A stretch of 64,000 nucleotides of DNA from Octopus vulgaris (Eukaryota), in the NCBI GenBank assembly GCA_951406725.2, contig OX597819.1:96162001-96226000 (forward strand). Reading direction: 5' to 3'. Shown piece after piece: positions 63,540 to 64,000 of this stretch. Made by a program: the position numbers and the translations under genes. How positions within the stretch are numbered: position 1 is the stretch's first letter; each line of letters opens with the position of its first letter. The notes under the pieces were generated by a model. That model worked only from the letters and a program-made list of their open reading frames with translations. It made no database searches and was not told the DNA's origin.

Positions 63540-63749
63540 GTCAAGATATATAAAATTGCAAAGAAAACCTATGTATAAGTATCCTTCCCTTGATTACAGA
63601 TCTGCTTGATCAAGCTTCACACAGAACTAGGTAATAACATGAGTATATAAAAATAAAAAAAACACAACAGAAGCAGAACGACCAAAAGTAAGTGTAATAT
63701 ATGCATACAGCAGTTCTCGAAAAATGAAGTTCACATTCCACTTAATATA

Positions 63750-64000
63750 TTCGGTTGGCAACTAAGTTCCTGCTGTTTTTTTTAAATTTTGGAATTTATT
63801 GCGTTTTTAAATTTTGAAATCTATTTTTTTTTCGAGAATTCTATTTTTATATCATTTTGGAATCTATTTTGTTTTTTTTTTCTAGTTAATTTTAGTTAAT
63901 TTTTGTTTATTTTCAGATCATTAAAATGGAATGTCAAGTTAAGAAAAACGAGCATTTTCGACATCTCCTTCTTTTTGCTTTTAATCAAGGTTCTAAGGCC
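63750..64000 (+). mobile_element. mariner element 5' end (TIR and transposase start, runs off the window)
   Basis: TA-ttcggttggcaactaagttc terminus; ATG at 63926 gives MECQVKKNEHFRHLLLFAFNQGSKA, a mariner N-terminal helix similar to that at ~45620. Confidence 0.8.

Overview
AT-rich, repeat-saturated eukaryotic DNA, intergenic or intronic. The SINE families, the microsatellite load and the LINE/mariner types resemble those I recall from octopus (cephalopod) genomes; that assignment is inference. No intact host gene can be supported, and most ORFs in the track are microsatellite artefacts. The window holds: two CR1-group LINE copies, one with a 700-aa open frame missing its YADD motif; relics of L1/Tx1, RTE and Penelope-like retroelements; a full-length IR/DR-type Tc1 (DD34E) element; several mariner, pogo and hAT remnants and MITEs; a Helitron PIF1-helicase relic and a non-autonomous Helitron; and more than 20 copies or fragments of tRNA-derived SINEs. 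The strongest signal not explained by the ORF track is a set of hammerhead-ribozyme (HHR) motifs in short non-coding elements sitting in (TA)n tracts. These are (i) a 242-bp direct repeat with a 497-bp period carrying one type I HHR per repeat, a retrozyme-like layout that could yield a circular RNA; (ii) a 140-bp palindrome made of two divergent complete HHRs, one per strand; (iii) a second tandem unit of ~476 bp with a decayed HHR; and (iv) four copies of a short family with a minimal HHR. SINE 3' tails also match two different LINE 3' ends present in the same window. Coordinates were read by eye, so ends of decayed elements are approximate.
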